DNA from: a virus
Reading direction: 5' to 3' (one strand)
DNA length: 45,215 nt
IMG/VR virus record: IMGVR_UViG_3300029533_000005
Location: 1-45,215 of that record
Positions 24,781-34,702 of the stretch are shown one piece after another. The notes under the pieces were generated by a model, which ran no database searches, was not told the origin of the DNA, and worked only from the letters and a program-made list of their open reading frames with translations. The translations under genes and the position numbers were made by a program. Within the stretch, counting starts at the first letter, position 1; the number at the start of each line of letters is the position of its first letter.

Positions 24781-24801
24781 CAGTATTGTATGCAGGAGTG
24801 T
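24781..24801 (+). repeat. 21-bp direct repeat (right) bracketing the methyltransferase gene
   Basis: Identical to 23209..23229. It supplies the SD for the ATG at 24806. Confidence 0.85.
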
Positions 24802-24805
24802 GAAT

Positions 24806-25099
24806 ATGAAGTTTAGAAAAAAGCCTGTTATCATTGAAGCATTTAGGTATGATGGTGATCTGAAAGACCGGAACGGCTTGTTTTACGTTCCATTTTGGGC
24901 GCAAGAAGCTTATAAGAAAGGCATTATGTATTACGGCGCAGAAGCTTGTGATTTACCTCCGTGTGAGCTGTATATCGAAACATTAGAGGGAACACATCAT
25001 GTTTCTGTTGGAGACTATGTTATCCAGGGTGTAAACGGAGAGCTTTATCCGTGCAAGCCAAATATTTTTGAAAAAACTTATGAGAAGGTGAAAGAGTAA
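24806..25099 (+). CDS. hypothetical small beta-rich protein
   Basis: MKFRKKPVIIEAFRYDGD...GDYVIQGVNGELYPCKPNIFEKTYE. The ATG lies after the repeat-borne SD. Confidence 0.55.
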   Translation: MKFRKKPVIIEAFRYDGDLKDRNGLFYVPFWAQEAYKKGIMYYGAEACDLPPCELYIETLEGTHHVSVGDYVIQGVNGELYPCKPNIFEKTYEKVKE

Positions 25100-25425
25100 T
25101 GGAAGCATTATTCGCAAATATGACTTTGATTCTGGCAGTGATCGGGATTCTGGCGTTCTGTGTGTCAGTGATTACCCAGGTATTTAAAGGCGTAGGAGTT
25201 CTCTCCACGATCCCCACAGATGCCCTTGTATTCGTCCTTTCCATCGGAATCACCGTGGCTGCTTTTGTGGCATACATGCAGTATATCCACATGGAAATCC
25301 TGTGGTACATGATTTTGGCGGCGATCATGGCAGGTTTTATCGTAGCGTTTGTGGCTATGTATGGCTGGGAGAAGCTGACGGAATTGTGGAAAAGAATGAG
25401 TAAAACGGATCAGCTCAAGAAATGA
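25099..25425 (+). CDS. holin-like membrane protein (three TM helices, charged C-terminus)
   Basis: 108 aa. TM1 is LILAVIGILAFCVSVITQVF, TM2 is LVFVLSIGITVAAFVAYM and TM3 is ILAAIMAGFIVAFVAMYGW. The tail is KRMSKTDQLKK. Confidence 0.45.
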   Translation: MEALFANMTLILAVIGILAFCVSVITQVFKGVGVLSTIPTDALVFVLSIGITVAAFVAYMQYIHMEILWYMILAAIMAGFIVAFVAMYGWEKLTELWKRMSKTDQLKK

Positions 25426-25485
25426 TATTACAAATAAAGAAACCAGGCTAGACAGAAAAGGAAATCGCTTTAGAGGTGGAAGCTG

Positions 25486-25950
25486 ATGTATGACAAGACA
25501 GTGACAATTTTCAACTTTTATCAATCTGATACCACAGGAGCAGCAACCTGGTATCCGCATACTTTGACGAACGTTGATCTCAACACCGACAGAGGAGCAA
25601 TCATCAAAAAATATGGTGCTGATTCTTCCGACAACTCCCAGCTTCATATCCGCTTTTTTGACTCCAACGGTCAGAAAGTAATCACCGATAAAAACGGTGT
25701 AAAACTTCCCTGGATGCCACCAAAAGAGTGGAAGCAGCAGACCAATGATCTTTTAGACCAGACTATCACGTTTTCACCAGATACAGACTTTTTCTGGGAG
25801 GGCGAGTGGGCTGGTGGAGAGGTGAATGACGATGATTACCGTGGTGGGTTTTACCAGTACATGAACAAAAGCAAGGATCACGTATTCAAGATCACCAGCG
25901 TTGGCGGACCTTATACAGTGATTCCACATTTTGAGATTCTTGGAAAGTAG
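25486..25950 (+). CDS. head-closure / head-tail joining protein
   Basis: Assigned by position between the connector and the tail genes. 154 aa. Confidence 0.4.
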   Translation: MYDKTVTIFNFYQSDTTGAATWYPHTLTNVDLNTDRGAIIKKYGADSSDNSQLHIRFFDSNGQKVITDKNGVKLPWMPPKEWKQQTNDLLDQTITFSPDTDFFWEGEWAGGEVNDDDYRGGFYQYMNKSKDHVFKITSVGGPYTVIPHFEILGK

Positions 25951-25960
25951 ATGTGTACAT

Positions 25961-26455
25961 ATGTCAAAAACAACTCACTTTAAAGGTTTTTCCATCATCG
26001 CCGGAGACCTAAAAGTAAAACTGAGCCTTTCCCGTTTTGATGAGCAATACAAGAAAGCGCAGTATCAGCTCGACGGCGATGTAATGAATAGCATGGTTCC
26101 GTTTATGCCGATGATTGTTGGCTCTGGATCATTTATAGGATCTACACGTGCGGCAAGTGCAGCGGTGCAAGGCTCTGGCCAGGTCTATGCAGCACATGCT
26201 CCGCAAGGTCGCTATCTCTATGAGGGAACAGTGATGGTGGATGAAAATACCGGATCTCCCTGGGCGAAAGAAGGAGCGAAAAAAGTATTGGTAAGCCAGT
26301 ACGCAGGTAAGACGGCTGCAAAAGAGAATATTGAGTACACCCACCAGGCACACCCGAAAGCACAGGATCACTGGTTTGATGCTGCCAAAGCGGTGGATGG
26401 TAAGAAGTGGGTGCGAAGAGTAAAGGCAACGGCGGGAGGTGGAAAACGTGGCTGA
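25961..26455 (+). CDS. head-tail joining protein (HK97 gp10-like)
   Basis: Start reset to ATG 25961. The pattern KAQYQLDGDVMNSMVPFMPMIVGSG fits gp10-like tail-component proteins. Confidence 0.45.
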   Translation: MSKTTHFKGFSIIAGDLKVKLSLSRFDEQYKKAQYQLDGDVMNSMVPFMPMIVGSGSFIGSTRAASAAVQGSGQVYAAHAPQGRYLYEGTVMVDENTGSPWAKEGAKKVLVSQYAGKTAAKENIEYTHQAHPKAQDHWFDAAKAVDGKKWVRRVKATAGGGKRG

Positions 26456-26948
26456 TGTAAAACCGATTGGTTTAGATGCAACCGGTTATGAGGTTTTGAC
26501 CGTGGCTGTCAAGTCACTACTTAATCAATATCCAGGTTTATACGATGGTGAAATCGTTAAATTCGAAGAGATGGAGAAAGATAGTGGCATTGCATTTTCT
26601 GCCAATAACGGCGCTCTGGTGTACGCAGAGACAGAAGATGTGTGCGGCAACGTATTCCAGAAATGTCAGTTTCCGTTTTTCGTGATCTACCGGACTGCAT
26701 CAGAGCGGGAGCGTCAAAAGATCTCAGTACAAACATTTCTGGACAATCTTGGAAAATGGATTTGCAAAGAACCAGTGGTGGTTGACGGCAAGGAAACACG
26801 ACTTTCGGCATTCCCTACACTGTCACAAGGCCGGATAATCAAGAGGATCACCCGTGATAACTCTTATGGGTTGGAGCCAAACGCTGACGGTGTGCAGGAC
26901 TGGGTTTTACCAGTAACCGTACAATATACCAACGAATTTGAATTATAA
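26439..26948 (+). CDS. tail terminator / tail completion protein
   Basis: A 169-aa ORF directly upstream of the major tail gene. The exact start is uncertain. Confidence 0.4.
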   Translation: MENVADVKPIGLDATGYEVLTVAVKSLLNQYPGLYDGEIVKFEEMEKDSGIAFSANNGALVYAETEDVCGNVFQKCQFPFFVIYRTASERERQKISVQTFLDNLGKWICKEPVVVDGKETRLSAFPTLSQGRIIKRITRDNSYGLEPNADGVQDWVLPVTVQYTNEFEL

Positions 26949-26969
26949 ATCCCTTATGGGTAGAAAGGA
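26946..26969 (+). promoter_or_regulatory. conserved intercistronic element TAAATCCCT-N1-ATGGGTAGAAAGGA upstream of the major tail gene
   Basis: Partner of 21150..21174. Confidence 0.55.
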
Positions 26970-26977
26970 TATATCCA

Positions 26978-27475
26978 ATGAGCAGATTGACACGAGGAGC
27001 ATCAAGGACATTTTTAGACTCAAGCTTTGGCAGTGGAACAACTAAATGGTGGCGAATGGGCAAGTATACCGATGAGATGAGCGTATCTCTTAACCCAGAT
27101 ATCTCCGTAAACAAAAATGTGTGGGACGAGACGTATACAGAGGACAATGGCTATGAGCCATCTATGGACAGCCAGACCTACTACGCAGACCCAACCGATG
27201 CTATTTATCCAAAGATCCGTGATATTGCCATGAATCGTAAGAAAGGCGATGACTGCAAGACTTCTATCTTGGAGGTAATCATCGAAGATACCGAAGCAGC
27301 CAAACACAGAGCATGGAAAGAGGACGTTATTGTTAAGGTTGAGGAGTACGGCGGTGGTACTGCCGGATTTACACTGCCATTTTCTGTGCACTTTGATGGA
27401 AACCGAAAAGAGGGATCTGTCACCATCGCAGACGGAGAAGTAACATGGAGTGACGAGAAAGTAGCAACACTGTAG
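26978..27475 (+). CDS. major tail (tube) protein
   Basis: A 165-aa ORF in the canonical position before the chaperone and tape-measure genes of a siphovirus. Confidence 0.65.
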   Translation: MSRLTRGASRTFLDSSFGSGTTKWWRMGKYTDEMSVSLNPDISVNKNVWDETYTEDNGYEPSMDSQTYYADPTDAIYPKIRDIAMNRKKGDDCKTSILEVIIEDTEAAKHRAWKEDVIVKVEEYGGGTAGFTLPFSVHFDGNRKEGSVTIADGEVTWSDEKVATL

Positions 27476-27484
27476 GAGGATCGA

Positions 27485-27943
27485 ATGGGAAACGTAATTA
27501 GAATTGATGATGGTAGCGAGACTTTTGACATCGTAAATCAGCGAGGAGAACTTCTTGGACAGTTTACCTTTATCCCATCAGATTTTGATCTGGTCAAAAG
27601 GTATGAGGAGACCGTAAAGGCGTTTGAGGATATGCAGAAAGAGTTAAGCGGCAAAGAGTCCACGGCAACCCTTGATGATATCAAGACTCTGGACGAACGT
27701 ATGTGCCAGCAGGTGGATTATTTGTTCAATGCTCCGGTTTCCAAAGACTTTTTCTCAATCACGTCACCATTCACCATGTTAAACTCCGGTCAGTTTTTCG
27801 TGGAAAATGTGATCAACGCCATTCGTGGAGTGATCGAGCAGAAACGTGATGTGAAACTGAAAGCCGTACAGTCTCACGTAAATAAATACACGCAGAAATA
27901 CAAAGCATCTCCAGGGGGTTCAATACTTACCCCCATGAAATAA
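27485..27943 (+). CDS. tail assembly chaperone
   Basis: An acidic 152-aa ORF between the tube and tape-measure genes. Confidence 0.55.
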   Translation: MGNVIRIDDGSETFDIVNQRGELLGQFTFIPSDFDLVKRYEETVKAFEDMQKELSGKESTATLDDIKTLDERMCQQVDYLFNAPVSKDFFSITSPFTMLNSGQFFVENVINAIRGVIEQKRDVKLKAVQSHVNKYTQKYKASPGGSILTPMK

Positions 27944-28515
27944 TGTTTTCCTGGGATCTGCCGCTGGCTCTTACAGTCGGTGGCAGATCTTATCATATAC
28001 GGACTGATTTTCGGGCGGCTCTTGACATCATGGCGGCGTTTAATGATCCAAACCTGGATAACGCCGGGAAGATGCAGGTGATGGTAGAAATCTTGTACGA
28101 GGAGATTCCACCGGAGGAATTCCTGGAAGAAGCGATAAAACAGGCCTTATGGTATCTGGATTGCGGTAAAAAAGAGGATGGGCGCAAGCGACCACAGGTG
28201 ATGGACTGGGAGCAGGATGCCCCGATCATCTTCCCAGCGATCAATAAGGTAGCCGGGAGAGAAGTCAGAGAACCAGGCCAGTATATGCACTGGTGGACGT
28301 TTGTGGGCTATTTTGAGGAGATCGAAGAGGGAACGTTCTCCCAGGTGCTGGCGATCCGACAGAAGCGAGCAAAAGGAAAGAAACTGGAACAGTGGGAACG
28401 GGAGTTTTTGAACGATAACCAGGCGATTGTAAATCTTAAGAGAAAAATGTCTGATGAAGAACAGGATCTATGGCAGCAGGAACAGGATGCAGTAGACGCA
28501 TTGTTTGAGAAGTAA
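27943..28515 (+). CDS. Gp15-family tail assembly protein
   Basis: The N-terminus SWDLPLALTVGGRSYHIRTDFRAALDIMAAFNDP resembles bacteriophage Gp15 family proteins. TAATG coupling to the previous gene. Confidence 0.55.
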   Translation: MFSWDLPLALTVGGRSYHIRTDFRAALDIMAAFNDPNLDNAGKMQVMVEILYEEIPPEEFLEEAIKQALWYLDCGKKEDGRKRPQVMDWEQDAPIIFPAINKVAGREVREPGQYMHWWTFVGYFEEIEEGTFSQVLAIRQKRAKGKKLEQWEREFLNDNQAIVNLKRKMSDEEQDLWQQEQDAVDALFEK

Positions 28516-28527
28516 GGCGGTGATGAT

Positions 28528-31215
28528 ATGCAGGCAGATGGAACAGTCCTTATTGATACAGAAATAGATACCAGCGGCATGAAACCAGGAACCAAAGAGG
28601 TAGAAGCTGCCGTTAGAAGAATGGCAAATGGGATTGATGATCTTGGAAAAAAAACAGAAATCGCAGTCCAGAAGCAGGCCGCCGCTTTTGCAAAACTGAA
28701 CAACCAGTATGCAGCACAGGAACAGAAAGTTAAAAAGTTGCGAGAAGAACTGGAAGCGTATGCAGAAACTAAGATACCTACACAGGAGTATCTTGAGATC
28801 CAGACACAGATAGAAAAGACAGAACAGAAACTATCAGCACTGGTTGATCGTCAGCAAAAGTTTTTGGATACTGGTGGTAAATCCAATAGCAGCGCCTATA
28901 AAAAGATGCAGTATGACATAGATCAGCTGACCAACACTTTAAAATATGCTCAAGGTGAATTGAAAGATCTGGAAGATTCCGGCAGTGCTTTTACGCTCGG
29001 AAAAGATACAGATAAGTTTGCCAAGATGTCCGACAAGTACGCTACAGAAGCCGAAAAACTCAAGCAGATGAATGAGTCTCTTGGCGCATCGTATAGCCGG
29101 GTAAAGAACGAGTTTGACGAGTACAAAAAGCGTCTTCTTGGCGTTGACGATGCCAGCAAAAAAGCAGCAAAGTCAACGAAAAAGCTTGGAAACCAGATGG
29201 ACAAGAATAAAAAGCCAGCGAAGAAGTTTGGCGATTCACTGTCTGGTGTAATCCGGCGTATGGTTCTCTTCCGACTTCTCAGCTCTGTAATATCCGCTGC
29301 GTTCCGATCAGCAAAAGAGGGTATGGAAAACCTTGCCCAGTATTCCCCGGCGGCCAACGTGGCAATATCCATGTTGCTTTCTCAGATGACGCAGCTTAAG
29401 AATGCTTTTGCTACTGCATTTTCTCCGATCTTGGAAGCTGTGGCTCCCGCACTGTCAAAATTTATTGGTCTTATCATCCAGGCGGTGAACTGGACGGCGC
29501 AGCTTGCGGCGGCACTGACCGGAAAAGATACATACGTTAAGGCTACGGCTGTGGAAGAGGACTACGGGGCAGCCTTAAAGGATAGCAACAAAGAGTTACA
29601 GAAAAAGGACAAGCTTAATAAAAAGATTCTGTTTTCGTTCGATCAGCTGATCCAGGCACAGAAAGACAGTGACTCCAGCAGCAGCTCCTATGTAGGACCG
29701 ACACCAGACCAGATGTTTAAGACCGAAGAGGTCTCCAATAATGTAAAGTTGCAGGCTGACGCCATCAAGAAGAATCTGGAAGGACTTTTTGACCCATTGA
29801 AGAAATCATGGGAAGAGAATGGCCCAGTGGTGACCGAAGCGGTAAAAACGGCATTTGGAGCCATTAAGCAGCTTGCAAGTGATGTATCTGCATCATTTAT
29901 GCAGGTATGGAACACAGAAGGATACGGGAAGAGGATTACTGATGATCTGCTTATCACCGTAGCAAATCTGGTTTTAACGGTGGCAGGACTGGTTACACAG
30001 TTTGATAGGGCTTGGGTGTCTGGAGACACAGGCACAAGCATTATCCGGAACCTCTGCGATATCCTATTGATATTTACCGGATTTTTGCGTGAAGCATCGG
30101 AAAGCATCAAAAACTGGGCAAATGATCTTGATTTCACGCCACTGCTAACTAGCTTTAATTCTATCCTTTCTGCGATTAAGCCAATCGCCAAGACGGTAAC
30201 AGATGCGCTCCTGGCATTGCTTAACAAGGCTCTTCTCCCTATTGCAAAGTGGGCGGTTGAGCAGTCAATACCGGCAACGTTTGACTTGATTGCTTCAGCT
30301 CTGGAAGCGTTAAACGCCATTATTGATGCATTGAAACCGAATGCCGTTTGGCTATGGAAAGATTTTATTGAACCGATTGGAAAGTGGACAGGAAAAATTA
30401 TTATAAATGCATTAAAGCAGATTACAGAATGGTTAAAGAAGTTTTCTGATTGGATTAACGAGAATAAAACGGTTGTTGAGGGCTTTACTGTTGCTATTAT
30501 TGCTTTTTTTGCAGCCTGGGAATGGATTCGATTTGTAAATGGTGCCGTGAAAATGATTGATAAGCTATCATTGCTAATAAAAACACTTGATGGTTTGAAT
30601 CTCGAAATGGGACTGATTGCATTAGCAGTCGGATCTATTATTGCAATAGCAATCGAACTATATAAAAACTGGGACAAGATGACACCTACAGAACAGGTTA
30701 TAAGCGGAATATTAGCGTTAGCCGCAGCAGCAGGGGTATTGGCTGTGGCTTTGGGGGCTGTAAGTGGTCCATTAGGAGCTGGCGTTGTTGCTGCATCTAT
30801 TATCGCTGGTATTACAGCAGCTAAGATGGCAATTAATGCAGGAAAACGTTCTTATAGTTCATACGGATCTTCTGGAGGCGGCGGCTATTCCAGATATTCC
30901 GCATACCAGACCCCGGCGGTGGCGGCATCTTACTCTATGCCACGTCTTGCGACTGGCACCGTAGTTCCTCCACGTGCGGGTGAGTTTGCAGCGATCCTTG
31001 GCGATAACAAGCGTGAGACCGAGGTTGTTTCCCCACTGTCAACCATGAAACAGGCATTGAAAGAAGCCCTGGAAGAAACCGGAATGAGTGGCGGAAACAG
31101 GGATATCCACATTGATCTGGTACTCAATGACCAGAAATTTGCATCAGCAGTATACAAAGCGAATAATCAGGAGAAACAACGTGTAGGCGTAAGGATGGTG
31201 ACACAGAATGGATAG
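28528..31215 (+). CDS. tape measure protein
   Basis: An 895-aa ORF with long coiled coils, central hydrophobic helices and a Gly/Ser-rich C-terminal part. It is the longest ORF in the tail module. Confidence 0.85.
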   Translation: MQADGTVLIDTEIDTSGMKPGTKEVEAAVRRMANGIDDLGKKTEIAVQKQAAAFAKLNNQYAAQEQKVKKLREELEAYAETKIPTQEYLEIQTQIEKTEQKLSALVDRQQKFLDTGGKSNSSAYKKMQYDIDQLTNTLKYAQGELKDLEDSGSAFTLGKDTDKFAKMSDKYATEAEKLKQMNESLGASYSRVKNEFDEYKKRLLGVDDASKKAAKSTKKLGNQMDKNKKPAKKFGDSLSGVIRRMVLFRLLSSVISAAFRSAKEGMENLAQYSPAANVAISMLLSQMTQLKNAFATAFSPILEAVAPALSKFIGLIIQAVNWTAQLAAALTGKDTYVKATAVEEDYGAALKDSNKELQKKDKLNKKILFSFDQLIQAQKDSDSSSSSYVGPTPDQMFKTEEVSNNVKLQADAIKKNLEGLFDPLKKSWEENGPVVTEAVKTAFGAIKQLASDVSASFMQVWNTEGYGKRITDDLLITVANLVLTVAGLVTQFDRAWVSGDTGTSIIRNLCDILLIFTGFLREASESIKNWANDLDFTPLLTSFNSILSAIKPIAKTVTDALLALLNKALLPIAKWAVEQSIPATFDLIASALEALNAIIDALKPNAVWLWKDFIEPIGKWTGKIIINALKQITEWLKKFSDWINENKTVVEGFTVAIIAFFAAWEWIRFVNGAVKMIDKLSLLIKTLDGLNLEMGLIALAVGSIIAIAIELYKNWDKMTPTEQVISGILALAAAAGVLAVALGAVSGPLGAGVVAASIIAGITAAKMAINAGKRSYSSYGSSGGGGYSRYSAYQTPAVAASYSMPRLATGTVVPPRAGEFAAILGDNKRETEVVSPLSTMKQALKEALEETGMSGGNRDIHIDLVLNDQKFASAVYKANNQEKQRVGVRMVTQNG

Positions 31216-31615
31216 AACTGGTAACGGAGTATTTGAGATTGACGGCTTGAATTTGCGGTTGCAGGTGAAGGAGCTTAAGCGCTCCTTTGCCGTTACCGAC
31301 ACAGAGAATTCCGGGCGCACACAGTCTTATGAGATGCACAGGGATATCGCCGGGACGTTTTATAATTACGCTCTGTCCATTGACGTAGATAAGAGCAACC
31401 GGGCCGATTATGACACTTTTTATGATATCATATCTTCTCCCACAGAGTCCCATACCGTAGTTTTCCCTTATGGGCAGGAGACGTTAGAGTTTCTGGCTTA
31501 TGTGACGAATGGAGAAGACGGCCTTAAGATCCAAAAAACAGAGAATGGACAGATTAATAAATGGACGGGCTTGACTGTCAATTTTATCGCAATGAAACCG
31601 CAAAGGAGACCGTGA
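31208..31615 (+). CDS. distal tail protein (small)
   Basis: Assigned by its position immediately after the tape measure gene. 135 aa. Confidence 0.45.
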   Translation: MDRTGNGVFEIDGLNLRLQVKELKRSFAVTDTENSGRTQSYEMHRDIAGTFYNYALSIDVDKSNRADYDTFYDIISSPTESHTVVFPYGQETLEFLAYVTNGEDGLKIQKTENGQINKWTGLTVNFIAMKPQRRP

Positions 31616-33372
31616 TGGCAAACAATGAGGGTTTAAAAATCGTATATGACGATGTGGCACCATACGCAAAAGAGAACAGTCTTCCGCAGATCATCAAGGC
31701 TGGGCTGTATCCAAGAAAAGGACTGTATCCTCATGCTGGTCTTTATCCAAAACAGACTACCATAGAGCGCCAGTTCCCGGACCTCCGGCGTGATGATTTG
31801 TCTTACCCTGGATATGCCCTGTGTTATCCCGGCTTCTCCCTGTTAAATGGTGATTATATTAATTTCCCAGAAGACCCGGCGGATTATGGCTATGTATCAA
31901 GCGAGTATAGCGATGATAATGGTAATTTTGGATATCAGATCAACAAGCAGGGATTGAAGCCACACACGGCACTGTATCCACGTATTTTTCTTTTCCCTGG
32001 TGGTACACAGGAAACGGTAATGAATAACCCGGCGCTTACGATTACATTTAATGGTAAATTTACTAGTGTAGGAATTCTCTTTACATTTAATATGTTATCT
32101 GGAGACTATGCTAAGGATCTGAATGTCAAATGGTACGAGGATACCACGCTATTAGCAAACCAGGACTTTACAGCAGATGGAGTGCGGTATTTCTGCAATC
32201 AGTATGTGCATAATTACAATAAGATCGTGATCACCTTTAAATCCACATCAAAGCCGCACAGACCAGTCTTTTTGACAAGAATTGATTATGGCATTTATAG
32301 AGATTTCCTGGATGATGAATTGATGCAGACCGACTGCTTGCAGGAGATCAATGCCATTTCTGAAAATATTTCTATCAACACCCTTTCCTTTACCGTTCGC
32401 ACGAAGAGTAATATTCCGTTTGACCTCCAGAAGAAACAGAGATTAGGTCTGTATTTTAACGGTGATCTACTTGGAAACTTCTACTTGAAGTCTGGTGCAA
32501 GGAAGAATAAAACGGACTACTATATGGATTCCCACGATGCTTTGGGAGTCCTGGACGGCAATGAGTACGTGGGTGGTATTTACACAGGACGTAAGCTGTC
32601 AGAAGTCCTCACGGAAATCTTTGCAAATGAGGATTTCGGTTACACTCTGGATGATTATTACAAGGATGCAACATTGACCGGATACATCCCGTACACCACA
32701 AAAAGAAACGCCCTGGTGCAAATTGCTTTTGCCATTGGTGCCATTGTGGATACGTCCAACGTAGAGGGTGTTGATATTTACCCACAGGCAACGGAAGTAA
32801 CAGGTGAGTTTAACGAGCACAACACTTTTACCGGGCTGACATTGGAGCATAGCGATATCGTAACCGGTGTGCGACTTACTACCCATACTTACACGCAGAT
32901 CTCCGAAACAGAGGAGCTTTACAAAGACACACTGAACGGTACGGCTGAAATCGTGTTCTCAGAGCCACATCATAGCCTTTCTGTCTCTGGTGGAATCATA
33001 GTAAAAAGCGGTGTTAACTATGCAGTGGTGACAGGAACAGGCGGCACAGTAACCTTAACAGGAGGTAAGTACAGCCACAGTACATCTGTGATTTCCAAAG
33101 ATAACCCAGATATCATTTTTAACAAAAACATCAAAGAAGTGACAGATGCGACCTTGATCAATCCATCAAATGGGCCGACTGCCCTAGAAAGAATTTATGC
33201 CTACTATCAGCGTGCAGAGAACGTGGTGGGAGACGTACTTCTTGGCGATAAGAAGTTAGGGGACAAAGTTCGTGTAGATACTTGGTATGATGGTATAAGA
33301 GAGGGAATTATCGAAAGCATTGATCCTACTTTTACCAGGGAAATCAAAGCGAGGGTAACGATACATGAGTAA
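31615..33372 (+). CDS. tail-associated / baseplate hub protein (Tal-like)
   Basis: Start reset to ATG 31615. A 585-aa ORF after the distal tail protein gene. Confidence 0.5.
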   Translation: MANNEGLKIVYDDVAPYAKENSLPQIIKAGLYPRKGLYPHAGLYPKQTTIERQFPDLRRDDLSYPGYALCYPGFSLLNGDYINFPEDPADYGYVSSEYSDDNGNFGYQINKQGLKPHTALYPRIFLFPGGTQETVMNNPALTITFNGKFTSVGILFTFNMLSGDYAKDLNVKWYEDTTLLANQDFTADGVRYFCNQYVHNYNKIVITFKSTSKPHRPVFLTRIDYGIYRDFLDDELMQTDCLQEINAISENISINTLSFTVRTKSNIPFDLQKKQRLGLYFNGDLLGNFYLKSGARKNKTDYYMDSHDALGVLDGNEYVGGIYTGRKLSEVLTEIFANEDFGYTLDDYYKDATLTGYIPYTTKRNALVQIAFAIGAIVDTSNVEGVDIYPQATEVTGEFNEHNTFTGLTLEHSDIVTGVRLTTHTYTQISETEELYKDTLNGTAEIVFSEPHHSLSVSGGIIVKSGVNYAVVTGTGGTVTLTGGKYSHSTSVISKDNPDIIFNKNIKEVTDATLINPSNGPTALERIYAYYQRAENVVGDVLLGDKKLGDKVRVDTWYDGIREGIIESIDPTFTREIKARVTIHE

Positions 33373-33805
33373 ATATCTTGATAACTTGATCTTTGACCGG
33401 ACACAGGCCGACATAGATTCTATGACGGCCAAAGCCTATATAGATTACAACGATCTCAACCGGATTGAATCGTCGGTGAAATGGGTGTCCTATGTCCTTA
33501 ATCGAAAGGGGTACAAAAATACCACCAATAATAAGCTGAATTGGCAGCCGAATGATTTCCGTACCGAAGCCGATATGATTCGGTTAAGAAAAAATATCGA
33601 AGCTATCCGAAGCGCATATTATACGCCGGACAGTACACCGCTGACACCGATCAGAATCACATATACATCAATCTACCAGGCAAATGCCATCGAAAGGATC
33701 ATATATGATCTCGGAACACTGATAGAAAAAGCGTCTCCTGGTCTCAATCACTTATCGTTCCGGCTTGGCACGAGATCTCTTGGAAACAGGGAGGTGAGCC
33801 TATGA
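33365..33805 (+). CDS. tail fibre-associated protein
   Basis: The motif DYNDLNRIESSVKWV is common at the N-terminus of Firmicutes phage fibre proteins (my recollection). Confidence 0.4.
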   Translation: MSKYLDNLIFDRTQADIDSMTAKAYIDYNDLNRIESSVKWVSYVLNRKGYKNTTNNKLNWQPNDFRTEADMIRLRKNIEAIRSAYYTPDSTPLTPIRITYTSIYQANAIERIIYDLGTLIEKASPGLNHLSFRLGTRSLGNREVSL

Positions 33806-34278
33806 GCTTAAAAACCACATATAAAGACGATATTTTTTCAGGAAAGAAAAGATATAAGATCACCCAGAACGGTGATGGAAGCGTATACATCGAAGATGTT
33901 ACGGAATACACCCAGGAGGGTGATGTTTATTCTGCTGGAGATGTCAATCGGACAAATACACAGGTAAACAAAAATGAGACCGATATAGCCGAGCTTGGGC
34001 GAGACATGAAAATCGTTAGATATGTCACCATACCGGTTTCTGGCTGGTCAGCATCGGCACCATATCGACAGACAGTAAACGTACAAGGAATTTTATCAAC
34101 GCATACACCAATCGTGTCCCTATACCTTCCAGATGGCACCACAGGAACCCAGGCAAAGGAGCAGGGGCGAGCTTATGGATATGTGGACAGAATCACCACC
34201 GGAACAGGTAATATTACGCTTTATTGCTATAACCAAAAACCAGCATCGACATTTCAAATTGCTTTAAAGGGGGAGTAA
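33802..34278 (+). CDS. tail / baseplate protein
   Basis: A 158-aa ORF, translationally coupled and beta-rich. Confidence 0.4.
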   Translation: MSLKTTYKDDIFSGKKRYKITQNGDGSVYIEDVTEYTQEGDVYSAGDVNRTNTQVNKNETDIAELGRDMKIVRYVTIPVSGWSASAPYRQTVNVQGILSTHTPIVSLYLPDGTTGTQAKEQGRAYGYVDRITTGTGNITLYCYNQKPASTFQIALKGE

Positions 34279-34279
34279 G

Positions 34280-34702
34280 ATGGCAGAAGCGTTTTTACTT
34301 AAGCAGGGCGGTCGATACTATCCAGAAGAGTATACGGCACTTCCGAAAGATGTATCTGCTGGAAAAACATTTTTTGGTGCGGAGGTAGACACACTTCAAA
34401 CTGGAATCATGCCAGCAGCGTCCATTGCAGACGTAATTATTGAGATTAATGGTACTTACAAAATTCCTGTAGGAGATCACCAAAAAGAGCAGAAAATAAC
34501 GCAGAAAGAAGTTCCTTTGAAGGCTGCATTTTCAGCTTCCCCACGAGGGAATGGCGTTACTGTAGAGGTTGCTGGAAATTATATGCAAGGAGATGTTACG
34601 ATTACTGCCGCTGAAAACTTTAACCCCGCTTATATAAAAAGAGGTGTAGTGGTGGGCGAAGGAAGTCAAGCAATCACTGGAATTTATGAGGGATTTGAGT
34701 AA
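34280..34702 (+). CDS. tail fibre-like protein (paralogue of the next gene at the N-terminus)
   Basis: It shares the motif DV.(A/I)GKT(F/Y)......G.....G..P with the ORF at 34702. Confidence 0.4.
   Translation: MAEAFLLKQGGRYYPEEYTALPKDVSAGKTFFGAEVDTLQTGIMPAASIADVIIEINGTYKIPVGDHQKEQKITQKEVPLKAAFSASPRGNGVTVEVAGNYMQGDVTITAAENFNPAYIKRGVVVGEGSQAITGIYEGFE

Noticed and set aside
27485-28515. Programmed -1 frameshift between the two tail chaperone ORFs
   Set aside because: The two ORFs are joined by a TAATG stop-start overlap. I could not see a slippery heptamer near the end of the first ORF, so they appear to be separate proteins. This was not tested computationally.
31461-31480. A third copy of the capsid/tail intercistronic element (tcccttatgggcaggag)
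   Set aside because: The match is only partial. It lies inside a coding region and is not followed by a start codon, so it is probably coincidental.
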